A DNA stretch of 64,000 nt from an uncultured Acidobacteriota bacterium (GCA_963741955.1 CAVUKB010000005.1:928001-992000); one strand, 5' to 3'. Counted from the stretch's first letter, positions 9,118-19,389 are shown. A program made the numbers and translations. Notes: generated by a model not told the origin, from the sequence alone.

Positions 9118-10844
9118 CCTAGCCCGCATTTCTCACAAGACTCTTTTGGGGGAGTTCAACCGGAGCTGAAGGGGGCGTTCAGCGTAGATTTTGCCGGAAT
9201 GGGGAGAGTTGGAGTCGAACAAGGCTGAAGTTATTTGACTGGGCGCTGGTTCCGGAGGGCGGCGGAGGTTCGGGCAGTATCGTGCAGCCAACGCTCAGAC
9301 ACACGTTTCCTCTGGTTCAGAGTTGAACAGACGTGGTTGCGGGAAGATGAGTTGAGGAACGATCCGCCTTCAGGGAGAGGCAAGAGCTAAGTTGCTGCAG
9401 ACCAGCGCGAACAGCTTCGTCATCGGATACCCACTCGAGAGTGAGATCCATATCTTGCGCGTGGTCACGCGGATCCGTGCTCCGATCTTGAACAGCTTCA
9501 GCCGAATTGTGTTGCACTGAGCGGTGGCCAGCTCGGTTCCTTTCAGTCCCAGCCGCCGCAACGCATTCATCAGCAGATAGGCCGCCGAAGAAAACCAGAG
9601 CCGCAACTGATTTGCTCTCATCGTTGCCGCCGAGGTCCGATCCGAAAACAGAAAACATTTCTGTTCCTTGATTCGGTTCTCCATCTCTCCGCGCTCACAG
9701 TAGAGCTCTTCGTACAGCGGCTTCACCGCCATCGCCTCCACCGGGAGCGACGTTACGACGAACCTGCCGTTGGCTTTGTCCACCAGGTACTCGGCTTTCG
9801 CCACCACACGACGGGACCGGCTCCAGCTCTTGCGAGTCCGGTAGTTCAGATCCTTGTAGGTGCGGCACGCCTCGGAGAGATGTTGCGACTCGGCTCGTAC
9901 CAGAGCCATCTCCGCCTCGATCATCGCCTCGAGGCGCCGGTTCTTGGGCAGACCGATCGCGTAATCGATCCCTTCGGACTCGCACCAGCTCAGGATCTCG
10001 TCGCAGCAGAATCCCGAATCAGCACGAATCACGATCTTCACATCCGGCCAGCTCTCACGGATCTGCCCAATGATCCGCCTGAGTTCCTCGACCGTTCCCT
10101 CGGCAGGTCCGACGCTCGCCTCTCGCAGACGTGCGCAGAGCAGATCCTGTCCACAGAACACGTAGAGTGGCAGATAGCAGTACGACCCGTAGTGGCCGTG
10201 GAAAAATCGCCCCTCCTGATTCCCATGGATTCTGTCCTCGGTCGTGTCCAGATCAATCACGATCTGATCCGGAGGAGTCGACCTGGATTTTAAGAACACG
10301 TCGACGAAGAATTTATCAATCGCGTTTCCGTCATAGACGATCCGCTTGTATCGATCCTCCCCGTGACCATCCGGGGTCAACTCCAACCGGTTCAGCGTAC
10401 TCTTGCCCGCCAGCGGCTGCCTGGGATCCGATTTGCCCGATAAGGTCCCGATCAGCGGATCCTCACGCAGAGAATCGTGATCGTTCAGATCTTCATATCC
10501 GAGAGCCAATCCCATCACCCGCTGCCGGATCATCGACTCGAGCGAGTGCTGAACCAAAGTGCGTTTTCGGTAATCCCGAAAGCATCCGACGAACCTTTCC
10601 AGAATCCTCGTCCGCCTTTCCGTCTCGAGCAGCAGGAGCCCTCCCCCGTCCGAAGTGAGCTGTCCACCGTCGAACCTGGCGACGATCTCACGCCCTCCCA
10701 CCCCTTGGAATCGCAACTCGTTCCCGCTACACTCTGTCTGCTTCATACCGCCGCCTCCCGTGCTGTTGATGTTGTTGTGCACACTCAACTTAATAGCACG
10801 GAACGGCGGTCTTTTTCTCCCTACTGTGAGAAATCCGGGCTAGG
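9118..10844 (-). mobile_element. IS1380-family insertion sequence
   Basis: Terminal inverted repeats CCTAGCCCGCATTTCTCACA (9118) and TGTGAGAAATCCGGGCTAGG (to 10844), lower GC than the flanks, encloses a transposase. Confidence 0.93.
9370..10746 (-). CDS. IS1380-family DDE transposase
   Basis: FDGGQLTSDGG, GYEDLNDHD, IDLDTT, HGNQEG, CYLPL, RADSGF, RGEMENRIKE, ANQLRL. Confidence 0.96.
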   Translation of the reverse strand: MKQTECSGNELRFQGVGGREIVARFDGGQLTSDGGGLLLLETERRTRILERFVGCFRDYRKRTLVQHSLESMIRQRVMGLALGYEDLNDHDSLREDPLIGTLSGKSDPRQPLAGKSTLNRLELTPDGHGEDRYKRIVYDGNAIDKFFVDVFLKSRSTPPDQIVIDLDTTEDRIHGNQEGRFFHGHYGSYCYLPLYVFCGQDLLCARLREASVGPAEGTVEELRRIIGQIRESWPDVKIVIRADSGFCCDEILSWCESEGIDYAIGLPKNRRLEAMIEAEMALVRAESQHLSEACRTYKDLNYRTRKSWSRSRRVVAKAEYLVDKANGRFVVTSLPVEAMAVKPLYEELYCERGEMENRIKEQKCFLFSDRTSAATMRANQLRLWFSSAAYLLMNALRRLGLKGTELATAQCNTIRLKLFKIGARIRVTTRKIWISLSSGYPMTKLFALVCSNLALASP

Positions 10845-11005
10845 AGTCTGCGCGGTAGAAACTGTCCTACTGCGAAAGCGGATCAATGGTCCAAATCCGC
10901 CCGGATTTTCGGCGAGTAGCCGCCGCTACGCACCTCAAATCCGAACGAATTTGGCCTCGCTGCTCCGCTTTCTCGCTACGGACGTTCCTACCGCGCAGAC
11001 TCCTA
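10841..11005. mobile_element. ~165-bp MITE-like element
   Basis: Perfect 18-bp TIR TAGGAGTCTGCGCGGTAG ... CTACCGCGCAGACTCCTA, non-coding, internal hairpins. Confidence 0.75.
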
Positions 11006-11121
11006 GCCCGCATTTCTCACACCATCTCTGCTGCGGAGACGGATAGCGGTGTGTCTGCTGCGTTGCATCCAAGCCACTCTCCGCCTCCTCGCGACGAGAC
11101 GGTGTGAGAAATGCGGGCTAG
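11003..11121. mobile_element. ~119-bp MITE carrying the ends of the adjacent IS1380
   Basis: CTAGCCCGCATTTCTCACACC ... GGTGTGAGAAATGCGGGCTAG; ends match the IS1380 IR. Confidence 0.8.
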
Positions 11122-11186
11122 AACTTCGATCCCGGATCCTCGATGTCTCTTGACTCCGACTGACGCTCACCTTAAGGTTAGCGCTC

Positions 11187-11402
11187 ATGGAGATACCGTC
11201 GCGAGTCTCGGTGTTCAACCAGATCCTCGAGATCAAGGGAAGCCCCGGTACGTTGATTGCGGTCGGTGCGAACGGCTACTACGAAGTCCAGCTCGAAGTA
11301 CGCGGCCGCGTCCACACGGTTCTCTTTCCGATCACCGAGACGGTGATCGTCTTCAACGAGCCGGTGACTCAGGCTACCGTCGGCGCCGAAGTCGAACGCT
11401 GA
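11187..11402 (+). CDS. small hypothetical beta-rich protein
   Basis: 71 aa, host-like codon usage, TAAGGT -10-like box 8 nt before ATG. Confidence 0.7.
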   Translation: MEIPSRVSVFNQILEIKGSPGTLIAVGANGYYEVQLEVRGRVHTVLFPITETVIVFNEPVTQATVGAEVER

Positions 11403-11553
11403 TCCTCCACCCTCACCCGTCTCAGATCCACCATCCGAATTCGAAGGGAACTCTGTGGGCGTTCCTTTCGGATCCACGGCCTGCGATCCCCGCCCTGCAA
11501 TCGCAGATCTCCCTTCCAGATCCTCGATCCTCGATGCCTCGCAGATCCTCGAT

Positions 11554-11584
11554 AAAAAGGCCGGTTCCCCGAAAGGAACCGGCC
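11554..11584 (-). terminator. intrinsic terminator of the PPIase/aminotransferase unit
   Basis: Minus strand GGCCGGTTCC-TTTCGG-GGAACCGGCC-TTTTT. Confidence 0.85.
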
Positions 11585-11610
11585 GGATCTTCTGCATCGT
11601 TTCCGTCCGC

Positions 11611-12525
11611 TTACTGGGCGGGCGGAGGAGTCGGAGGATGCGGGGTCGGAACGGGAGTCGTTCCGAAGTACCCGTTGTCGAAGGTCGGCTTCGCCTGGTC
11701 CTGGAGGGACGAGACTTTCTTGTCGACCGCTTCCTTCCGGATGTCCTCTTCGAGCTGCTCTTTCACCTGATCGAGAGTCGGCACGGAATGCGACTCGACC
11801 TTGATGATGTGGTAGCCGTACTGGGTCCGGGTCACCGGGCTGATCTCGCCCACCTTGGTCTCGAATGCGGCTTTCTCGAACTCCGGCACCATCTGGCCTC
11901 GGGAGAATTCGCCCACGTCACCGCCGCGGGCGCCGCTTCCCTTGTCGTCCGACTCCTTCTTCGCGAGCTCGGCGAAGTCGGCGCCGGCGACGAGCTGTTT
12001 CCGGATCTCTTCAGCCTTCGCCTTTGCCCGCTCTTCCGTGAGCGCCCCTTGCTGCGGTGCCGCCGGGCTTCCCTTGAACGCGATCAGGATGTGCCGCGCA
12101 TGCACCTTCTCGAGGGTGTCCTTCTTCGCCGTGTAAGCCTTCTGGAGCTCCTCGGGAGTGACCTTCACGTCCTCGGTGAGCTTCTGAAGCTCGGCGTTCG
12201 CCAGGGCGTTCGCACGCATCATCTGCAGCTGGGTCTGGACCTCTTCACTCTTATCGAGGCCGCTCTTCTCCGCCTCGGCGGCAAGAAGCCGCATGCGGAG
12301 GTAGTCTTCCGCGAATGCTTTCTTGCCCGGGCCCATTGCGTAGGCCTGGTACTGGGCCGGGAGGGTCTTCAGCGCGGCTTCGAATTCCGACTGCCGGATC
12401 TCGACGCTTCCTGCTTTGACCACCACCGGGTCCTTGCTCGTATCGGCGGCGTCTGCAATCCACGCGATCGTTCCGACCGCCAGCATCGACACCGTCACCA
12501 TTGCAATCGTCAGCTTCTTCTTCAC
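11611..12525 (-). CDS. PpiC/parvulin-type peptidyl-prolyl isomerase (PrsA/SurA-like), exported
   Basis: Signal peptide; VHARHILI, FAELAKKESDD, GGDVG, MVPEFEKAAF, TQYGYHII. Confidence 0.95.
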   Translation of the reverse strand: MKKKLTIAMVTVSMLAVGTIAWIADAADTSKDPVVVKAGSVEIRQSEFEAALKTLPAQYQAYAMGPGKKAFAEDYLRMRLLAAEAEKSGLDKSEEVQTQLQMMRANALANAELQKLTEDVKVTPEELQKAYTAKKDTLEKVHARHILIAFKGSPAAPQQGALTEERAKAKAEEIRKQLVAGADFAELAKKESDDKGSGARGGDVGEFSRGQMVPEFEKAAFETKVGEISPVTRTQYGYHIIKVESHSVPTLDQVKEQLEEDIRKEAVDKKVSSLQDQAKPTFDNGYFGTTPVPTPHPPTPPPAQ

Positions 12526-12604
12526 CTTACTCTCCTTCCAGTAGAGACAATCTCAGAACCCTGTGCTCCGGAGCCCGATTCCCGGCGGCCTCTGAACGCA
12601 GGCC

Positions 12605-13810
12605 TCAACGCAGGGTTGCCACTGCCTCCCGGATCCGGCGCACGCCCTCGCGGAGGTTCTCGAGAGAGGTGGCGTAGCTGATCCGAATGTGCTCGTCGTT
12701 TCCGAACGCGGCTCCAGGGACCACAGCGACCCGGGCTTCGTCGAGGAGGTACCGGGCGAGCGAAGTCGAATCGTCGATTCCTTTGTGTCCGTAGAGGTCC
12801 GCCACGCGAGGAAAGACGTAGAACGCACCGTCGGGCCAGGCACAGTCGACGCCGTCGATCTCGTTGAGGGCGGGAACGAGCCACTTCCGCCGCTCGACGT
12901 AAGCGTCGTACATCTTCTTCACCTCGGCGTCGCCCGACCGCAGCGCTTCCACCGCAGCGGCCTGGGAGATCGAGGCCGGATTCGAGGTCGAATGACTCTG
13001 GATCTTTCCGAGTGCGGAGATGATCTGCGGATGTGCGACCGCAAAGCCGAGGCGCCATCCGGTCATCGCATAGGTTTTCGACATCGAGTTGACGATGATC
13101 ACCGTCTCCGGAAAATCGTGAAACCATTTCACTGCCGACACGTGCCGCTGATCGTCGTAGAGAAACAGCTCGTACGTCTCGTCGTACACCAGGAAGAGCC
13201 CGCGCGACCGGCACAGCTCGACGATTTTCTCGAGCTCTCGTTCTTCGATCGCGGCACCGGTCGGATTCGAAGGCGAATTGAGAATCACTCCGCAGCTCTT
13301 CGGCGTCAGAACCTTCTCGATCGCAGCCACGGTCGGACGGAATCGCTCGGCGGCCGTGAGCTCGGCGAATACCGGTGTACCGCCTGCGAGCCGCACCTGA
13401 TCCGGAAAGCTGACCCAGTACGGCGCCGGGATCACCACCTCGTCGCCATCGCCGACGAGCGCGAGCATCAGGTTGAACAGCTCCTGCTTGCCGCCCGAAC
13501 CGGCGATCACGTTCTCCGGTTTGATCTCTACGTGATAGCGGCGGTTGTACGTCTCCGCGACCGCGCGCCGGATCTCCGGCGATCCGAGCGAGTTCGTATA
13601 CTTGGTGTATCCGGCATCGATGGCGCGTTTCGCCGCTTCGCGGATCGGCTCGGGAGTGATGAAGTCGGGCTCTCCCGGTCCGAAGTCGATCACGTCGACT
13701 CCCTGCGCAATCAGCTCACTCGCGCGATTCAGCACCAGCAGTGTCGGTGACGGCTGGATCCGCCCCACGCGATCGGAAAAACGGATCGTGCGATTGGTCA
13801 TGGTCTCCAA
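12605..13810 (-). CDS. class I PLP-dependent (aspartate) aminotransferase
   Basis: GEPDF, GGKQ, PAPYWVS, NSPSNPTG, DETYE, SMSKTYAMTGWRLG; start may be ATG 13801. Confidence 0.95.
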   Translation of the reverse strand: METMTNRTIRFSDRVGRIQPSPTLLVLNRASELIAQGVDVIDFGPGEPDFITPEPIREAAKRAIDAGYTKYTNSLGSPEIRRAVAETYNRRYHVEIKPENVIAGSGGKQELFNLMLALVGDGDEVVIPAPYWVSFPDQVRLAGGTPVFAELTAAERFRPTVAAIEKVLTPKSCGVILNSPSNPTGAAIEERELEKIVELCRSRGLFLVYDETYELFLYDDQRHVSAVKWFHDFPETVIIVNSMSKTYAMTGWRLGFAVAHPQIISALGKIQSHSTSNPASISQAAAVEALRSGDAEVKKMYDAYVERRKWLVPALNEIDGVDCAWPDGAFYVFPRVADLYGHKGIDDSTSLARYLLDEARVAVVPGAAFGNDEHIRISYATSLENLREGVRRIREAVATLR

Positions 13811-13998
13811 GAAAATTCTCCTGAGGGTTCCCGTGTGCCGGGATCTCGCATTTCATTCCGCCTCGATGGCGGCTGACCCGGATGCCTCGTTCCGATACGA
13901 CAGGCGGGGATCGTGGCGGAGATTGTATCGGTTCACCTCTCCGGACGAAACCCCGACGGATTCCCCATCGGGCCCTCCGATGTCGTAGAGTTCGGACC

Positions 13999-14745
13999 GT
14001 GACGAGCGAGAACGAGGTCATCGCGAGCCGCGACAACCGCTGGGTCCGTCGCTTGAGGAGGGCGCTCGACCTCCACCAGGAGGAGATCGTGCTGGAGGGA
14101 CCGAAACAGGTCCGCGACGCGATCCGCCTCGGTTGGACTCCTCTCGCCGTCGCGGTCACTGAGGAAGGTCCCCAGGTCGAAGCGCCTGGCGCGCATTCTC
14201 TCCGCCTCACCAGCAAGGTGATGAAGAACCTCACGGACACCGTCCACTCTCAGAGGGTTCTCGGTCTCTTCCGCAGACCGTCATCCGAGGTCGCCTCGCT
14301 CTTTCGCGCCGGGAACCTCCTGGTTGCCCTCGACGGAGTCCAGGACCCGGGCAATGTCGGAACGGTGGTCCGTCTCGCCGCGGCGTTCGAGATCGCGGGC
14401 GTCATCGTGCTTCCCGGCACCGCGGATCCTTACGCACCGAAGGCGATCCGAGCGAGCGCGGGAACGATACTCCAGACGCCCGTCGCCGCGGTCAGTCGCG
14501 AGGAGCTGATCGAGCGGACGGCGGAATCGGGTTTCGAGATCGTCGCCGCGGAAGGAGGAGCCGATGGACGTTTCGAGCCGCCGGAATCGAACGCGGTGTT
14601 CGTCTTCGGCAGTGAGGGGCGCGGCATCTCCGTGGAGATCCGTGACCACGCACGCCCACTCTCGATTCCGATCTCGTCGCGCGTCGAATCGCTCAACGTG
14701 GCCGCAGCCGCAGCGATCATTCTCTTCGAAGCGAGGAAGCGCTGA
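13999..14745 (+). CDS. TrmH/SpoU family RNA methyltransferase
   Basis: LDGVQDPGNVGTVVR, FGSEGRG, VESLNVAAAA; GTG start at 13999 chosen. Confidence 0.92.
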   Translation: MTSENEVIASRDNRWVRRLRRALDLHQEEIVLEGPKQVRDAIRLGWTPLAVAVTEEGPQVEAPGAHSLRLTSKVMKNLTDTVHSQRVLGLFRRPSSEVASLFRAGNLLVALDGVQDPGNVGTVVRLAAAFEIAGVIVLPGTADPYAPKAIRASAGTILQTPVAAVSREELIERTAESGFEIVAAEGGADGRFEPPESNAVFVFGSEGRGISVEIRDHARPLSIPISSRVESLNVAAAAAIILFEARKR

Positions 14746-14747
14746 CC

Positions 14748-15578
14748 ATGGCCGGGAGACTTCTTCTGATCGGGACGCCTATCGGCAACCTCGGTGATCT
14801 CTCTCCCCGGGCCCGAGAGGCGATGCAGCGCGTTTCGCTCCTCCTCTGTGAGGATACCCGCCACACCGGGAAGTTGCTCGAGCACTTCGGCATCGACGTC
14901 CCTCTCGAGAGTCACCACGAGCACAACGAGAGCGAAAAGCTCGAAGCGATTCTCGCCCGTCTCGAGGGCGGCGAGACTCTCGGCATCGTCAGTGACGCCG
15001 GGATGCCGCTGCTCTCCGACCCCGGCTTTCCCCTGGTTCGCGAGGCGCGACGACGCGGAATCGTGGTGGAACCGATCCCCGGACCGTTCGCCGCCGCGGT
15101 GGCGGTGAGCGCGAGCGGACTCCCTCCGATGCCGTTCGCGTTCTACGGATTCGCCCCCCACCGGAAGAATCAGCGTATCGAATTCTATCGGGAGATCGCC
15201 GGGAAGAAGATGACTGCCGCGGTTTACGAGTCGCCTCATCGGATCGTCGCATCCCTGGAGGATGCGCTCGAAGGAATGGGCGACGTGGAGATGACGCTCG
15301 CGCGCGAAATGACGAAGCTCCACGAAGAGCTGATCCACGGGAGCGTCTCCACCGTGCTGGAAGCGATCCGCGGACGCGACGCGTTGCGCGGAGAGATCAC
15401 CCTCGTCTTCGCCCCGGCCCGCGAAGTGGAGACCGCCGCAATCGATCCCGCGGTCCTGAAGGAAGAATTCCGAAAGCTTCGTGACGAAGGGATGCGCCGC
15501 GGTGACGCGATCCGAATCCTTGCCGAACGTCACGGGCTCCGGAAGAACGAGCTATATCAAGCTCTGCTCCAGGAGTGA
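14748..15578 (+). CDS. rsmI: 16S rRNA C1402 2'-O-methyltransferase
   Basis: TPIGNLGDLS, CEDTRHT, VSDAGMPLLSDPG, YESPHR, REMTKLHEE. Confidence 0.96.
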   Translation: MAGRLLLIGTPIGNLGDLSPRAREAMQRVSLLLCEDTRHTGKLLEHFGIDVPLESHHEHNESEKLEAILARLEGGETLGIVSDAGMPLLSDPGFPLVREARRRGIVVEPIPGPFAAAVAVSASGLPPMPFAFYGFAPHRKNQRIEFYREIAGKKMTAAVYESPHRIVASLEDALEGMGDVEMTLAREMTKLHEELIHGSVSTVLEAIRGRDALRGEITLVFAPAREVETAAIDPAVLKEEFRKLRDEGMRRGDAIRILAERHGLRKNELYQALLQE

Positions 15579-15632
15579 TGCGAGATCTCCGCACAGACGG
15601 GGCTGGCTCGTGCAGGAAGCGCGAAGGCCGGA

Positions 15633-16283
15633 CTACTTTCCCCTCAGGATCGACTTGGTGAACTTCATGAAGTAATCGACACCTGACCCCAGGGCGAACA
15701 CCACCACCGCCCAGAGAGCGACTTTGCTCACGAAAACGAACTCACCGAGCTCGTAGCCCATGATCAGCAGCGAGATGGCGATGATCTGCGACACCGTCTT
15801 TCCCTTGCCGAGGGGTGATGCCGCGATAGTCACGCCCTGCTGAGCCGCGATCGAGCGCAGCCCCGAGACCGCGAACTCCCGTCCGATGATGATCACCACC
15901 ATCCAGGCGGGGGCGAGGCCGATCTCCACGAGCGAAATGAACGCCGAGGAGACCAGAAGCTTGTCGGCGATCGGGTCGAGCAACATCCCGAGCCGTGTAA
16001 CCTGTCCGCTCCGCCGTGCGATGAAGCCGTCCAGGAAGTCGGTGATCGCGGCGACCAGGAAGATCGCCAGTCCGACGTATTCTTTTCCGTCGAACTTCGT
16101 CAGGAGGACCACGACCAGGAATGGGACGAGGAAGATCCGGAAGAGCGTGAGAGAGTTGGGAACGTTCCAGATCTGGCGACCGATGTCTTCGCGCCGCAGA
16201 GGATCGGGCACGAGAACGCGATCCGGATCGACCTGGTCGGGTCGGTCCGACTGCGAGTTCGGAACTGGTTCAGGCGTCGTCAC
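15633..16283 (-). CDS. pgsA: CDP-diacylglycerol--glycerol-3-phosphate 3-phosphatidyltransferase
   Basis: PNSLTLFR, TDFLDGFIAR...G.LLDPIADK, REFAVSGLR, GKGKT. Confidence 0.95.
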   Translation of the reverse strand: MTTPEPVPNSQSDRPDQVDPDRVLVPDPLRREDIGRQIWNVPNSLTLFRIFLVPFLVVVLLTKFDGKEYVGLAIFLVAAITDFLDGFIARRSGQVTRLGMLLDPIADKLLVSSAFISLVEIGLAPAWMVVIIIGREFAVSGLRSIAAQQGVTIAASPLGKGKTVSQIIAISLLIMGYELGEFVFVSKVALWAVVVFALGSGVDYFMKFTKSILRGK

Positions 16284-16349
16284 GGGTCGAGAATACCGGC
16301 TGTCTGTCGTCGTCGAAAGGCTTCAACGAAGGGAATTTACACGATGTCA

Positions 16350-16378
16350 TTGACATTGGAGTGGGCGATTTCTAGAAT
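16350..16378 (+). promoter_or_regulatory. sigma70 promoter of tRNA-Leu
   Basis: TTGACA (16350-16355), 17-bp spacer, TAGAAT (16373-16378). Confidence 0.88.
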
Positions 16379-16394
16379 CGCCCGCCTGACACTT

Positions 16395-16481
<87 letters not shown>

Positions 16482-16548
16482 TCTTTTCACATCCCGCCAT
16501 AACCTCAATATTCTCCCGTTTCATCCGCTTCGCACCGACCAGGGCGTC

Positions 16549-16860
16549 TCACGCAGGCTCGGCCTCGTCGAGCGATTCGAGGCTGCCGAGGATTTTCTCG
16601 ATCCGGCTCCGAATCTCCTTCCGTTCTTCCCGCAGCTGCTCGGTCTCTCCCTCCCCTTCGCGATAGCCCTCGAGCTCCGCCTCGCGCTCCTTCAGCGCCG
16701 CCTGCGTCTCCTCGAGCTTCTTCCGCAGTTTGTCCCGCTCATCCCGAAGCTGCTGGATCGTCGCGATCGCTTTCGTCACCCGCTGACTCAGGCGCCCCAG
16801 CATCTCTTCTTCTTCGGTCCCGTCGAGGACCGCTTTCCCGTTCTGCTCTTTCTTCGCCAC
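16549..16860 (-). CDS. coiled-coil protein, ZapB-like
   Basis: L..RV.KAIATIQQLRDE...IRSRIEKILGSL; lies downstream of pheT. Confidence 0.7.
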   Translation of the reverse strand: MAKKEQNGKAVLDGTEEEEMLGRLSQRVTKAIATIQQLRDERDKLRKKLEETQAALKEREAELEGYREGEGETEQLREERKEIRSRIEKILGSLESLDEAEPA

Positions 16861-16936
16861 TCTGATCTCCTGTCGCCCCTGCTCCGTCGGGACAGCCTTC
16901 CACCGCCGGAGCTGCTTCGAATTTTCCTGCCGATCT

Positions 16937-18964
16937 TCAGCTGCCGCTCACGACGCGCACCGGAAGGAGTTTCGACACCTTCTCCGCGACGCCGCGATGG
17001 ATCTCCGCGACTTCCTCCTGAGTGAGCGAGCGGTCGAACGCCTGATACCACATGCCGAGCGTCGTCTTCACTTCGCCTTCGCTCCCCTCGGGGACGAAAC
17101 GGTCCCAGAGTCCCACCTCACGCAGATTGGGTACGTCGAGAGACTCGACGGCTCTGACGATGGCGCCGTAGTCGAGCGACCGCTCGTGCATCAGCCCCAG
17201 CACCATCGGCACGCCCGGAAAACGTGAGACACCGGACATGGTCCACTCCGCCACCGCGCCCGCGATCGGAGCGAGATCGACTTCCGCCGCAATCACCTCA
17301 CCTTTGACTTCCAGCTTCTGCCTCACCTCGCGTGAGACCACTCCGACCCGTGCGACGGGCTTTCCGTCGAGCATGGCCACACCGGACTGGTTCTTCTGCA
17401 TCCAGCCGATCTCCGCCGGCTCGAACGAGAGCTCGATGTGAAATGCCTTCGCGAGCGCCTCCACGATCCCTTTCGCGTCGAAGAAATCCCAGGCGCGTGC
17501 CGGGTCGCCGAAGTAGTGGGTCGCGTTTCCGTAGAGAACGAACGCAGCCTGACGGCGTTCCTCGATCGCGCCGCCATTCCAGTGATAGCTCCGGCCGACC
17601 TCGAACATCGCTCCGTCGCGATTCCCATAGCTCCGGTTGAAGTTCACCGCCTGGAGCAGCCCCGGAACGATCGACAACCGCATCGACGCGATGTTCTCGG
17701 TGAGGCTGTTGGTTAGCGTCGCCGCCGCTTCGTCCGAGAAGAGCGCGTTCTCCTTCTCGTGGATGAACGAGTAGGTCACCAGCTCGGTGAGCCCGCACGC
17801 CGCGAGCACGTCCCTCACGCGGTCCTCGACTTCCGCCATTTCGTCGCGGCGTACATCGCCCGTGGTTACGCGGGGGAGCGAAGCCGGAATCTCGTCGTAG
17901 CCGAAGAACCGCAACACCTCTTCGATCAGATCCATCTCTTCGAAGACGTCGACGCGATACGTCGGTACGGTGACTTCGATCCCCTCGGCGGCGTCCGCGA
18001 CGGGCATACCGAGCCGCATGAAGAGCGACCGGGCGTAGTCGAGCGGGATCCGGCCTGCCGCCATCATCTCCAGGGTCGAAGCGCGGAGGACGATCTTCTT
18101 CGGCTCGATCTCCCTCCCGACGACGTCGATCGGCGATCCTTCGGTTCCTCCGCAGAGCTCGCGGATGATGCGCGAGGTCTCGAGGATCACGGGGAGGGTG
18201 TCGTTCGGATCGACGCCACGCTCGAAGCGGTACGACGCGTCGGTGCTGATTCCGAGCCGCCGCGCTGTCTTCCGTATCACGGCCGGTGTGAAGTGCGCGC
18301 ACTCGAGCATGATGTTGCGCGTCGAGTCGGTGATCTCGCTGTTGGCGCCGCCGATCACGCCGCCGAGAGCGACTGCGCGCTTTCCGTCGGCGATGACCAC
18401 CGTCTCGGTGTCGATCTTTCGCTGCACGCCGTCGAGAGATTCGATGACCTCACCATTCTTCCCGCGGCGCACGCGGATCGCGTTCCCTTCGACCCGCTCG
18501 AGGTCGAACGCGTGCAGAGGATGCCCGAGCGCCACCATGACGTAGTTCGTGGCATCGACGATCGCGTTGATCGGACGGAGCCCGACGGCCTCGAGGCGTC
18601 GCTTCATCACGTCGTTCGAGGGGCCGATCCTGACGCCGCGGATCACCAGGCCGGTGTAGCGACTGCACATCTCGGGCGCTTCGATCGCGATGTCGACGTC
18701 TCCCTTCGGCGAGGCGGCGACCGCCGCGGGTCGCGGGACCCGAAGCTCGCGCTCGAGCGCCGCGGAGAGCTCGCGCGCGAGGCCGAAGTGCGACATCGCA
18801 TCGATCCGGTTCGTGGTGAACTCGACCTCGAAGACGCTCTCGCCCTCGTGCGATTCGATTGCTTCGACGGCGTGCCCGATCTCGGTCAGGCGGCTGGCGA
18901 CCTCGGCGTCGGAGAGGCCGCCGAGATCAAGATAGTCTTCGAGCCAGGAGCGTACGATTTTCAT
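16937..18964 (-). CDS. pheT: phenylalanyl-tRNA synthetase beta subunit (lacking the tRNA-binding OB domain)
   Basis: TTNRIDAMS.FGLARE, NAIVDATNYV, PLHAFD, TDASYRFERGVD, DLIEEVLR, anticodon-binding C-terminus. Confidence 0.96.
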   Translation of the reverse strand: MKIVRSWLEDYLDLGGLSDAEVASRLTEIGHAVEAIESHEGESVFEVEFTTNRIDAMSHFGLARELSAALERELRVPRPAAVAASPKGDVDIAIEAPEMCSRYTGLVIRGVRIGPSNDVMKRRLEAVGLRPINAIVDATNYVMVALGHPLHAFDLERVEGNAIRVRRGKNGEVIESLDGVQRKIDTETVVIADGKRAVALGGVIGGANSEITDSTRNIMLECAHFTPAVIRKTARRLGISTDASYRFERGVDPNDTLPVILETSRIIRELCGGTEGSPIDVVGREIEPKKIVLRASTLEMMAAGRIPLDYARSLFMRLGMPVADAAEGIEVTVPTYRVDVFEEMDLIEEVLRFFGYDEIPASLPRVTTGDVRRDEMAEVEDRVRDVLAACGLTELVTYSFIHEKENALFSDEAAATLTNSLTENIASMRLSIVPGLLQAVNFNRSYGNRDGAMFEVGRSYHWNGGAIEERRQAAFVLYGNATHYFGDPARAWDFFDAKGIVEALAKAFHIELSFEPAEIGWMQKNQSGVAMLDGKPVARVGVVSREVRQKLEVKGEVIAAEVDLAPIAGAVAEWTMSGVSRFPGVPMVLGLMHERSLDYGAIVRAVESLDVPNLREVGLWDRFVPEGSEGEVKTTLGMWYQAFDRSLTQEEVAEIHRGVAEKVSKLLPVRVVSGS

Positions 18965-19123
18965 GGCGGGCCGATTCTAAAAGAGTCGGAGAGGCGTGGC
19001 CAGCCCCGAACAGAGGAAAGTACCGATTCGTTCACGCATATCGCCACGGCAGAAGGGCGGAGCGGCCTCTCCGGGATGGCCGTCGATCCTTCCTCCGATC
19101 GAGTCTCGAGCCTTTCAGCCCCC

Positions 19124-19337
19124 ATGGCCCGAACTAAAGGGGCTCTGTGGGTGTTCACAGAGCAGATGCGCGGAGTTACTGCGCATCTGCCGCAGGTGTC
19201 GTCTCGTTCCGTTCTGAAGGCGATCTGCGCGGCCACGGCGGGAGCCGTGGCGCCCCTCGGAGAGGGGATCCTTCGCTGCCCAGCAAGCTCGCGCCGACTC
19301 CCGGCTGACACGCGGATTTTGCTCAAGTTCGGGCCAT
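19124..19337. mobile_element. ~214-bp MITE-like element, copy 1
   Basis: TIR ATGGCCCGAACT ... AGTTCGGGCCAT; near-identical inverted copy at 21734-21947. Confidence 0.8.
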
Positions 19338-19389
19338 TGCCTTCAGCCCGGATCGCGCTCTGCAGCAGAAGTCCCGTGAGTAGTCCGGG

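Noticed and set aside
13811-13930. Possible riboswitch in the ~115-nt leader of the aminotransferase gene
   Set aside because: A TACAAT box and small hairpins are present, but no recognisable SAM, TPP, cobalamin, glycine or T-box consensus. An Rfam/Infernal scan would be needed.
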